A DNA stretch of 33,000 nt, from positions 2,201,001 through 2,234,000 of the forward strand of contig OZ176054.1 of the NCBI GenBank assembly GCA_964247055.1, in the 5' to 3' direction. Both the position numbers and the translations under genes were made by a program. The stretch comes from Paragordius varius (taxonomy: Eukaryota > Animalia > Nematomorpha). Below, piece by piece: positions 1 to 15,635 of the stretch (its first letter is position 1; the number at the start of each line of letters is the position of its first letter). A model generated the notes under the pieces. It made no database searches. It was not told the origin of the DNA and was given only the letters and a program-made list of their open reading frames with translations.

Positions 1-2
1 TA

Positions 3-675
3 AAATGTTATGCATTAATAACTCAACCAAATAAACTTGATTCAACGGCGATGATAACCTTAGAAAGAGAAATTTTTGAAAAAGGTTACAATGTAAAAAC
101 AGCATCTCACAAAAAGGCATCAAATGAATTGATACAATGTTTAAAGGGAAAAGAAACTGAGATTGAATTTAAATTAGCTGACAAGGATGGGAGTGTTTGC
201 AATTTACCAGGTTTTTTTAACAATAAATTTATAAGAATTTTAAATCATTGATATATATATATTATATTCTGTATTGATTGCTTATTTTGCTTTTTTGTAA
301 AAATCCACTATTTTGATAGTTTTTTATGCAATAATATAACTAAATTAAAAATATATTAATTGTTACCCATATGTTTTAATTTAAATCATAATACCGTTTT
401 TTGCATTTTCTTAATTATTGTGTAATATTTGATAAATAAATATTTACTGACTTTTTCTGGAGTCTTATCTTAAATTTTTTTATCATAATATATAATGAGG
501 TAAGGTCTATTATAATAATTTTGATCCATAAAATATTATATTAATTATTTTACCTTTTATTTTTTGCATATATACATATTTAGCTCAAAGTTATTTATAC
601 ATACCACCATCACGTTACATATACCCCAATGCAGAAATTAAAGGACCACAAATAGCACTTGTGAACATTATATAA
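3..675 (+). CDS. C-terminal part of an unidentified protein (gene starts before the window); likely exons 3-210 and 584-675
   Basis: Frame open from base 3 (KCYALITQPNKLDSTAMITLEREIFEKGY...GSVCNLP). Phase-1 donor CCAG|gttttt at 210/211 joins acceptor catatttag|CT at 583/584 to give AQSYLYIPPSRYIYPNAEIKGPQIALVNII*, with AATAAA overlapping the stop. Unspliced alternative ends at TGA 251. No family recognised. Confidence 0.5.
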
Positions 676-1293
676 ATAAAAATCAAAAACAAAATATATA
701 TATATCTTCAAATTTAACTAAATAGCCATATAATTAGTTTTGTGGAAAAAAATCAAATTATTTTATGGTGGAAAGAAGTAGTAATAAACTTATATTCTGA
801 TTAATATTTTTTTTCTATGCACTTGCTTGAACCAATCAAATTATATGTAGTTGTTTAGTGTAAGATCATTCATTTATTTAGAAATATATTATTATTATAA
901 CCATTATTGTTGTGTATATAATCAATTCGTATATTATATATACATATATAAAAATAAATTTAACCAATTATTAAACTTTCAGTAATACTTAAGTAGTTTG
1001 TATAATTTGATTATTATTTTACAACCTTGACCTGTATTAAATTAAAAATATAGAAAATTAAAAATAACCCAATATAGCTACCAATCTTTGATAATCTTTA
1101 AAAGAAAGCTGTTTTTTTTTCAAATTGCTTCTAAATTCATCAAACGATATTAAAAGTACATTAATATATTCTAGTATTTCACAATTCAAATTTAATTTTT
1201 AGAATGATAAATTCATAAAGTGCTATAATTCCTTCTAAGGTATAAAATAATTTAAACAGCGAAATACATTTTGTAAAGAGATTATATAATCGA

Positions 1294-4200
1294 TCATGAG
1301 ATTTGATAATAGCCATCAAGATAGCCTTCAATCAATAAATCTTTCATTGGAGTTTGATCACTAATGCTTTGACTAAATCCGTATAGCGCTGCCTATAGAA
1401 TAAAAATTATAATTATAAAGATAAAAAAGTCATACAATAAAACTTGAAATTATAGAGACAAATGAAAAAACTAAGACAACCTTTTAAATTAATTATATTA
1501 TCAATTTGCATCTCTATTATTTATTTAGCCGCCCGAAAAAACGTAACTTATATCCAAAATTCAAGGAAAAATATATTTTTATAAAATATTGCCATTTAAT
1601 ATTTATGTTTCGTTTTAATAATTTTAATATGGAAAATTCTGGCTTTGTGATCTGTTTCCGGAAAACCGGTAGACCCATTCAAATCCAAACTGAAAAAATA
1701 TAATCATTAATGAATGCCCCGACAATAGCTTGGCCTTTTTTGAATTAGGCTCCAGTTCGGACTCACCCCGTGTGAAAAACGGTTTTTTCAAAGCGGAAAT
1801 CCACAAAAATCGTGTCTTTTAAACAAATTTCCGGAGAACGTGTTGGTTCAATTTCTAATATGATTTTTGTTTACCTATTTCTAATTGCGCCGAACATCGT
1901 CGTCTCGCTTTTTTAATTTAGGTCCTCTTTTTACCCACTCCCCCCGTATTATGCCTTTTTTGCAAAAAACAAAATTCACAAAAATAATTTTTTAAAACTA
2001 TTTTTCCCCCAAGTAACAATATATTAGGATGAATGCATCGTTTTAAAATTCCTATGAGATCATAGCTATTAAATAATGTTTCGAAATAATCCACATATGT
2101 GGATCATTTTATTGTCGCTTTTTTCAAATAACCCCCCCCCCCCCCCCAGAAGTGCGAAGGAAGTAGTTTATAAAAAGGTATTTTTAATTTTAATTACAAT
2201 ATTTTTTGATTTGTCTTCGTTGATATTGCTATTTGAAACAATTTCTTTTTCGTTCCTTAAAAATCGATCAGAATCAATCATATCTTGTAGAAATACGTCT
2301 TGCAATTGTTTTTGCACATGAACCATAGTTATACAAATGTGAAATCTATCGTATCGTAAAAAAATGTATAATTTATTTAAGATTTTTGCATTCATATAAA
2401 ATAAAAAAAATGCAAATAAACTTATTTTTATCACATTTTTTTAAAAATAATGTTGAGATATTATATCTTGTGAAATATAATTAAACCAAAACCCTTTAAT
2501 ATGTATCTTTTGTTTGAAAATATTAATTAAAAATTCAAATTTGTTAAAAAGTAAAAATCAGTATTTTTCGAAATGAAAATAATGTTTACCCTCTAGGATT
2601 TTGTAATAAATTAAGATTCCATCCCTTGGCTTTTTGCATATGTTCAGCAAGTTCATAAATATCATAATTGCTTTTAGTAGAGTTAAAAAGCTTTGATTTA
2701 TTATTACTAATATTAGAGTGTAAATTATTCCCAAATGCAATGACATTGTATTGCGGTGAACCGAGGATTTGAAATCCCACACCGTTTTCTTCAAATTCCA
2801 TATATTGTTTAAGGCTATAAAATATAATATTTAACTAAAATATTTTCCATTAGTAGTTATGTAAATGAAAATATTATTAATATTAATAATATAAAATAGT
2901 CAATAGAGGTTTTTTAAAGACTCTTATATTTTATACCTCGAACATTTCAAAAATACCCTCGAACAATCAAAATTCATCTTTGAACATTTCAAATCTAAAA
3001 TAAATTGCATTAAATAAAAAATAATTACATATAATTTTAATTAAATTTGGTTTAAAACTAATATACAACACAAAAAAATAATAAACTATGCTACAACGAA
3101 ATAAGTCATAATGATAAGTGATATTAGCTGAAAATACATTATTTATTTTTAGGGTAAATTTGACAGGTAAATGATACATATATATATATATATATATAGA
3201 CTATGTTGGCAAAAAGTTAAAAAACCAACCATATTGGCTATATGAAAAATTTAAAGATATACAAATATGGACAGAATTCCAGCCCTTTATATAGAAATTA
3301 AAAAATAATACATACCAATACATTTTACATAAAAAAATATTTTAAATCTTTGCTTTTTATTTATACTTTTGTTCTATAAAACTGTGTGTTTTACCAATTT
3401 ACATCTCTATTCATCCTCAAGGCAAAACGATAGGTAAAATATTTATTAACAAAATATTTGTCAGTAATTTTATATAGTTTGTCTTTATAATTTTAAACAT
3501 TTTTACTATATCTGATAAAAAGAAATCACCCTTGTATGATATTCCTTGTGCATTGAATTATTTTGTATGCATTTTGACGATATCCATCATACCCAAAATG
3601 TAAAAGGGTGGCCCAAGTTAGTGCTATATTCAGACCACTGCGGGAGCCTAATAATTTGAAACATGCAAAAAATCAAAAAAATCAATAATTTAAAAAAAAA
3701 AACATTATTTTTTAATTTAAAATATTTGCCATTTAGTTTTTACGCTTTTTCCTTTAGTAATTCAATTTTTACTGTATATGATAATAATTCAAGCAAATAA
3801 TTCTCTTAATTAAATAAACGATCAAATAATAAGTTTTTGTAAATGCTAAATTATCAAAAATTATTCAAAAAAACTAAAAAAAAATTTAATTTTTTACCTG
3901 AGAGTGTTTGAGAAGGATACATTCCACCCATCCATTCAGTATTAACATAATATTGACAATGGAGATATTCTTTGTTGAAGTAAAGTAAAATTGAACTGCC
4001 TTTGGGACAATAACCATACTAGATGGCAAAAAATATCGCAAATATAATTTTGATTTTAAATTAGTAAAAAAATGTGAAATATTACATTGTTTATAATCAC
4101 CATTAAAAAAGTTGTTTGTAATGTTTATAACAAAATATTTCAGAATAAATGCTTATGTTAAAATTCGGCAAAAATATAGAATATTAAAAGAAAATTGATT

Positions 4201-7200
4201 TAAACCATTGTCAAAGGACCATTTTTTTATAAAAAGTTATTTGTTTAAACTTATTAAAAATCTTATTTTTTTTATTAATTTTCAGTTTACATACCCACAA
4301 CTTATTTTCGGAGCTAAAATGATCAAAAAATCTCAAAATTCAAAATATAAGCAAATAATTTTATATAAACGTTTATTATTTTAATGAAAATTATTTAAAT
4401 AACTTATTTTACCCGTAAAATTTTGCTAAAAAATCTTATATATCATACCTTATGAGAGTCTAGTGAAACACTAGTAACGCCAGGAACTGATAAAAATTTA
4501 TTCCAAACCACATTATAGTGGTTAATATTTTCTCCTTGTTTGAAATCATTAAATTCTTCAAAGGAATTTAAATCTTTCATATCTAATAACGGAATTAAAA
4601 ATCCACCTAAACAACTATCAATGTGTAATGGTATGGACAAGGATTCACAAATCTAAAAATAAGTTAAATAAAAAATCTAAAAATAAATAAAATGTATCTC
4701 AAAATAAAATAAAATAATTATTAATATAAAGTAATTTATTTAAAAATAATATTAATTTAGATAAAATTAAATTTTTTAAAAAATTATAAAAAAAATACTT
4801 TAGCAATGTGTGGAATGGGCTCACAAATACCATGAGGATAGCCAGGTGCCGATGCAACAATCTATATTTTTGAAAAATATTTATTTAAATGTAAAAAAAT
4901 AATATTTTTTAGAAAAATTAAGGCAAACATAAGTTAAGGCCTAAGTCATTTTTTAGAAAATTACTTTGTTTTTTGTTACAACTTATGATTTTGGATAGAA
5001 ATTAACTATAAAATGGAAATATAAACAATTTTATATTTGACAATTCAAAATATTACCGAATTTAAAAATATGCATTCTTTAGTCTTTTAAGCGCATTTTA
5101 CAAAAAAAATTTTTAAGGCATGAAAAATTTAATAAAAATTCTCATCTCAAACTTTTTTGTCGCCATTTTTTACCATAAAATTTTTTTTAAATCGCTAATG
5201 CAACAGGCAATAAATCTTTATTTCGGTTAAAAAATGTAAAAAATTAACTTTTTACAGCTTTCAGGCTTAATTTTACCAGAAAAAAACTTGTTACATTTTC
5301 ATATATCAGCTCATTAGTATTTTGAAGGTATCTCAATTTTAAACTCTAGAAGTCGCAAAAATAGAAATACAGGCTTTTTTTATCTAATATATACAATGTT
5401 TGATAATTAAATTTTTTAACAAAAATAACATTTAGAACTGTAGCTCTTACAAAACTGAAGTCTGGGATTAAAAACAACCCCAAATAAACAAGGACAAAAA
5501 AGGAAGATAATGAATTGTTAAAATTAAAAATACTTAAAGGTAAATATATATATTAAATTATCATAACTTACACAAATCGTATTTTTCGTTATATATTGAT
5601 AAAGTATTTCTGGATCATACGTAAATGTGTTTTGATTAACAGGGATTGATATAATTTTTATGCCAAAATATTCACCGGCCTAAATATATATTATACAAAT
5701 TTAAAAACTTAATCAAAATATATAACAAAAATTGTATAAAAATTAAAAAAAATATTTATATCTACCTTTAAAAAGGCGGCATGAGCAGTTTCTGCAATTA
5801 TTCTAAAGAATTATTTAAAAATAAGAAATTTTGGGGAAAATATTAACAATAATATTATTAAAAAATTTAAATGTAATATTTCGATAAAATATTAAAATTG
5901 AGAGAATTACGCATTGTATTTATGAAATTTATTAAAAAAAAATAAGCTGAAATGCGTACAAATATAAAAAAATATATATTTTAATTTTCGACTTTTATAG
6001 TAACGGATCGGTGATGAAAATACAAAACAATAATAATTTATTAAGGATTTCGTGATATTTATACTTTTTCCGTACCCGGTCGCCATCCTCTTGATGATGT
6101 CTCGTCCATTGAGATTTAAAGGACGCATACCATACCTTCAAATTCCCGTGGGGATGTGGAAAGTAAAAAATATTTAGTTATTACTACCCCGATGGGATAT
6201 TTCCAATCCAATTTAATCGCCTCCTACCATTTGGATTGATGGTTTCTCCCATGCTTTTCCAGAGAATAATGGATTAGGTACTCAAAGATTGCAGGGGCAC
6301 AATGGCTTATCTCGATGATGTTTTGATTTTGTTGGTAAAACGAAAGATGAACACGATAAAAATCTGAGCGAGACCTCTTAACAAAGTTACAAAAATGCGG
6401 GTTTACACTAAGAAAAGATAAATTAAAACTGTATCAGAAGAATATGAAATTTTTGGGGTTTGAGTTATCAAAACAGGGAATTCGCCCTGCTGTACAAGAT
6501 AAGCTCGACGCCATTGCTAAATGTGTGCAACACCCACCAATAAAACTGAGTTAAGATCATTTTTGGGATTGCTCAATTTTTATGAACGTTTTATTCCTGG
6601 TTTACATGTCAAAGTTAGTAATCTACATGCCAAGCCAAAATTAATTCGTCTTCGTGCAGCTGTTGGGATAACCAACCGATGACCAACATATACGAAACCA
6701 TGGGCTTGTTTGAGATCATTTCTAACGGATTTGAATGCGGATAATTCCGGTGTTGACCAATCATTATTTTTAAGTGCCATACGTAGTCGTTTTAACAGTA
6801 GTTTATCCTCCAAACAATCTTTTGTTTTTTGCGTTTTATTTTGAAATTTAAATCCATGAATGCGATTTTTCGGATTTTTTCGGCCACATATTCATCATCA
6901 TTGTCTACGGATGTCTGACTCTTTTCGGGAAGTCTTGAAAACACATCGGTTGGCCATGTTTGTTGATCCCGCAATATATTTCATAATATCAAAATCATAC
7001 GCGAAGGCCTTGTAGAGATCCATCTTAACAATTTACAGTTTTTAATATACCACTTAAAACTTCCAATTGTTTCCGAATAAATGAACCAACGGTTTATGAT
7101 CTGATCTGACCAGACCTCACATTTCTGTCCATAAATATAAAATGATGGAATTTTTCTAAACGCAAATAAAAAAAGATTGTTTGGAGGATAAACTACTGTT

Positions 7201-10072
7201 AAAACGACTAGGTATGGCACTTAAAAATAATGATTGATTGGTCAACACCGGAATTATCCGCATTCAAACTCGTTAGAAATGATCTCAAACAAGCCGATGG
7301 TTTCGTATATGTTGGTGTGATCGGTTAATTATCCCAACAGCTGCACGAAGACTAATTTTGGCTTGGTTTCATGTTGGACATCCCCGGGTATTGTTGCTAT
7401 GAAAAACACAGCCAGGTCGGTGGTGTTTTGGCCCAGAATGGATAAGGACATTGAAAAGTTAGTACACGAGTGTCAGTGTTGTCAGAGGAACAGGGCGAAC
7501 GTTGCTGAGAATCCGGTATATAAATGGTGGAACTTCAATGTGGGAATATGGGAAAGAGTCCATGTGGACATCGCGGGTCCCATGTGTGGTAAATATTGGT
7601 TGGTTTTAATTGACGCGTTCTCAAGATGGGTGGACAGGTGGAGATACTTAGCAGTATTACATCTGATGTGATTTTGAAACAATTTGAGAAATGGTTTTCC
7701 AAGAATGCTAGTATCTGATAATGTGCTACTTATTTCAAATCGTTCAATTTTCGGGATAAGATGACAAACTGGAACATTAAGCATGTGACGTCGGCTCCCT
7801 ACCCCACCCAAGGACAAATGGTTTGGTAGAAAGAATAATTTATACGTTGAAATCGAGATTCCGTTCCACGATGATGCCTGGCGTGAAGAGTCAGGAGGCT
7901 TTAAACAATGTTTTATTGGCCTATCGTAATTCATGTGGCATAACGAGATTAAGAAACGACCCCTGCATCGTTGTTTTTGAAGAGAAACATCAACACACCG
8001 TTGAATTGGTGTTGCAAGATAAAGAAACGCCTAAAGAAAGAAAGTACACCACCGAGGAGACCCTTAAGAGATTTTTAGAGGATGAAGTGAATGATATGTA
8101 GTTGATATTATCTACAACATTGCATCACATTGTATTTTTATCTTACATCATATTATTATATTAATCGCATCTGGCGTTTATGTTTGTGCGTCTCATTATT
8201 CGTGAAATTCTTATATATATATATATATTCGTAGAGTAAAAGACATATTCTTACAATTGTGACGCACATGCATGTTAAAATTGTCATTAATTAAAAAGTA
8301 TAAATATCACGAATTCCTTAAAAATTATTATTGTTTTGTATTTTCATCACCGAGATCCGTTGCTATAAAGTCGAAAATTAAAATATATATTTTTTATATT
8401 TGTACGCATTTCAGCTTAATTTTTTTAATAAATTTCTATAAAATAATATTTACATTTCAGGCAAAATGATATTTTTGTATTTTCGCCCATAATTTCTGTA
8501 GGCCAAACACGCTAATAATATGCTTTCTGTTCCACCTGTTGTAACCTGGTATAGTGAGCATATTAATAAAAAATAAGATTTGGTTTAAATATAATTTAAC
8601 TTAAAATACTCACTCGAATTAAATTTTTTGATAAAATTTTATATGAAAAAAATTTTTTAAAACAATAAAAAAAACATAAATATCAAATTTGAACGGGGTA
8701 GGCGTTTTAAAAATTTTAATTTTCTTTAAACTAAAATTCAAGTATTTTTTTAATTTTGTTATAATGGGTGAATAAAAAGTAAAATTTTTCAAAATTTATA
8801 TTAAAATAACGTAAAGTTTTTAAAAATTATATTATTATACATATAAATAATAATTTAAATAATTGTAAATTTTATAAAATGGAAGCGAAATCAAGTTTAT
8901 TTGACTTTATTAAACAATGCAACTAGAAATTAAAAACCGGAACCAAAAACGATAAAGAATCTAATCAGCATACTAAAACTCAAACATTATTTTTTTTAAA
9001 AAAATTCAATTTTCCTTAAAATAAAAATTTAAAAAATATTTCAACTTACACATCCACAATAATTCAAATTTCCTGAGCATATTTTTTCTTGAAAATTTTC
9101 AGACATTTTGGCATTGCTGTGAGTTAACATTCCAATCGCAAAACGTATAATATCGCATTCCATGACCATTACACTTGCATAAAGGTCTGGGTGTAATGGA
9201 TTTGCATATGCAAATATTTTGAAAATCTAAATATGCGGAATGGAATATCCTTTATAATTACTTGAAAACCATTTTGAATTATAAAATTTTGAAAATTTAC
9301 CCAAAATAAGATTTAAAGGGTATATCGAAAAATGACGAAAATATATTTACTATAGTCCAAATCATAAAAAAGTATATGTATTGATATTTTAGTCTTTATA
9401 ATATTTAAAATGAGTGTATAAGCGTTAAATTATATACATCTATATTTAACTAAACAATAATTTTTAATTTATAGATATAAAATTTAATATTTTTAACAAT
9501 TTAGATAATAGGACTATTCATACCAATTTGATATTATTATGCATATAAAAATATTTAACTAAGTTATTTTAAATATATTTATAATATAAATAATAACCAT
9601 TAAAAAATTAAAACCTCTGATTGCAAAGATCTAAGTTCTTCATTAGGGATTATATAGCAAGAGCCCGAAATTTTCCCAGATTCCAAGCATTCACGATTAT
9701 CTAAAATTACAAAAATAAATTATCTAAAATACCCGAAGCTTTATAATTTGTGGCCATTGCCAATATATCAGACTTAAGTTTATAAAATATATGTTACCTT
9801 TAAACGTGATTTATCAAATTTTTCAACCAAATTTTGAGAGTCAAATGATTTGTACAAACTTTTTCGTATATCTTGTTTTGCGCTACAAAGTTGTGTGTCA
9901 ACTTTTTTAGACAATATAGGTGCTTTTATTAAGAAATCCATAGCTTTTCGCTTAATGTAAGTACCTTAATTATATTTAAAAGTTTACCCTGTTTATAAAT
10001 TTTCAGAAATATAAAAGTTAACATGCCATACATGAAGGCATAACCAATTTGTGTCAATAAAACTTTCAACAT
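1294..10072 (-). CDS. SGPL1: Sphingosine-1-phosphate lyase (PLP-dependent), 15 exons, 589 aa
   Basis: Exons 10072-9988, 9964-9798, 9772-9733, 9700-9615, 9226-9050, 8545-8454, 5802-5766, 5679-5572, 4861-4799, 4652-4449, 4018-3898, 3647-3530, 2814-2590, 2345-2198, 1392-1294; all GT-AG and phase-consistent (1770 nt). Motifs: N-terminal hydrophobic segment, YANPLHPD, VTTGGTESILLAC, AHAAFLK, LHIDSCLGGF, SLDSHK|YGYCPKG (PLP lysine), GSRSG, GWNLNLLQNP, AALYGFSQ. Start codon uncertain (possible upstream ATG at 10138). Confidence 0.95.
2132..2147. repeat. C16 homopolymer (G16 on the transcribed strand) in the last SGPL1 intron
   Basis: Direct count of 16 consecutive C, about 50 nt inside the intron donor at 2197. 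Confidence 0.95.
2932..3180. mobile_element. Degenerate copy of the TATACCATTT-terminus MITE family, in an SGPL1 intron
   Basis: Carries the family's subterminal repeats (ataccctcgaacaatcaaaattc; atttatttttagggtaaatttg) and a decayed right end gtaaatgataca followed by (TA)10; left terminus eroded. Confidence 0.6.
5924..6069. repeat. Left arm of ~145-bp inverted repeat (partner 8293-8436)
   Basis: Reverse complement aligns to 8293-8436 with about 8 differences by hand alignment; the ORF track shows the shared peptide NYYCFVFSSP on opposite strands. Confidence 0.95.
6630..7366. repeat. Internal ~205-bp inverted duplication inside the gypsy remnant (arms about 6630-6835 and 7157-7366)
   Basis: Both arms encode the RNase H-integrase linker (STPELSAFK.VRNDLKQA.GFVYVG) on opposite strands; roughly 90% identical by eye, with small indels. 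Confidence 0.9.
8097..8255 (+). repeat. Possible 3' LTR of the gypsy remnant
   Basis: TGTA...TTACA boundaries after a purine-rich tract (tagaggatgaag) downstream of the integrase; no 5' LTR is present to compare. Confidence 0.35.
8293..8436. repeat. Right arm of ~145-bp inverted repeat (partner 5924-6069)
   Basis: See left arm; lies 17 nt inside the SGPL1 intron donor at 8453. Confidence 0.95.
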
Positions 10073-10182
10073 TTTAAAATGCCGAAACTATCTATTTAAA
10101 AACAACCACGAAAACGAATGTAATACATATTCAAACATTTACATGTGTTATTAAAATTTTTCAATCGTTTAAAATTTTATAA
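10073..10182. promoter_or_regulatory. Putative bidirectional promoter, SGPL1/GOT1
   Basis: Divergent start codons at 10072 (or 10138) on - and 10183 on +. Inferred from position only. Confidence 0.55.
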
Positions 10183-15211
<5,029 letters not shown>

Positions 15212-15635
15212 TCAAACCATTTTTATACAATTTGAAAATGTGTATGATTAAATTTTATTTATTAAAGTGTGATTTACTTTTGATGTGATAGCTAATTATT
15301 TTGCAAAAAAAAATTGATGCAATTCCAAATTATATTTTTTTGTGATGGAAAATTTAATTATATTTCGGTCAAATAAATCATGATGCTTTATGAATTTTTG
15401 GTTTGTTTAATAATTTATTTAGATAATTAATTAAATTTTTAGGTTTATTTACGTTTTTAAATGTTAACAAATTTAAAAAACAATATAACATATATTAACA
15501 ATAGATTATTATAATTTATTGACGATATGTTTACACTATATTATTCACAGTTTATATATTAAAATTACCTATTTCTAATCTAAGATACTAAAATTTGAAT
15601 AAATAATTTTTACAATATAATATCTAACAACAAAA

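Larger units (their letters stand above)
6070..8255 (+). mobile_element. 5'-truncated, frameshifted and internally rearranged Ty3/gypsy LTR-retrotransposon remnant in SGPL1 intron 6 (5803-8453)
   Basis: RT on + (DLKDAY, LPFGLMVSPMLFQRIMD, AYLDDVLI, KFLGFELS, TELRSFLGLLNFYERFIP, about 6110-6625). RNase H C-terminal part on - (KFHHFIYGQK, HKPLVHLFG, DVFSRLP, about 6836-7156). Integrase on + (HPGIVAMKNTARSVVFWPRMDKDIEKLVHECQCCQ zinc finger, WERVHVDIAGP, LIDAFSRW, NGLVERII, about 7370-7950). Multiple stops and frameshifts. Confidence 0.92.

Noticed and set aside
6630-7366. Inversion as a whole-genome-amplification chimera
   Set aside because: The arms differ by several substitutions and indels, whereas a fresh chimera should be near-identical. 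Not fully excluded without reads.
5924-8436. DIRS-type retrotransposon, because of inverted terminal repeats around an RT
   Set aside because: The element has a DDE integrase with a zinc finger and a gypsy-type RT; no tyrosine recombinase is visible.
10088-10090. TAG reassignment suggested by the in-frame TAG upstream of SGPL1
   Set aside because: MTRF1L ends in TAG, and no internal TAG is needed in any of the long exons; a short intron or downstream start explains it.
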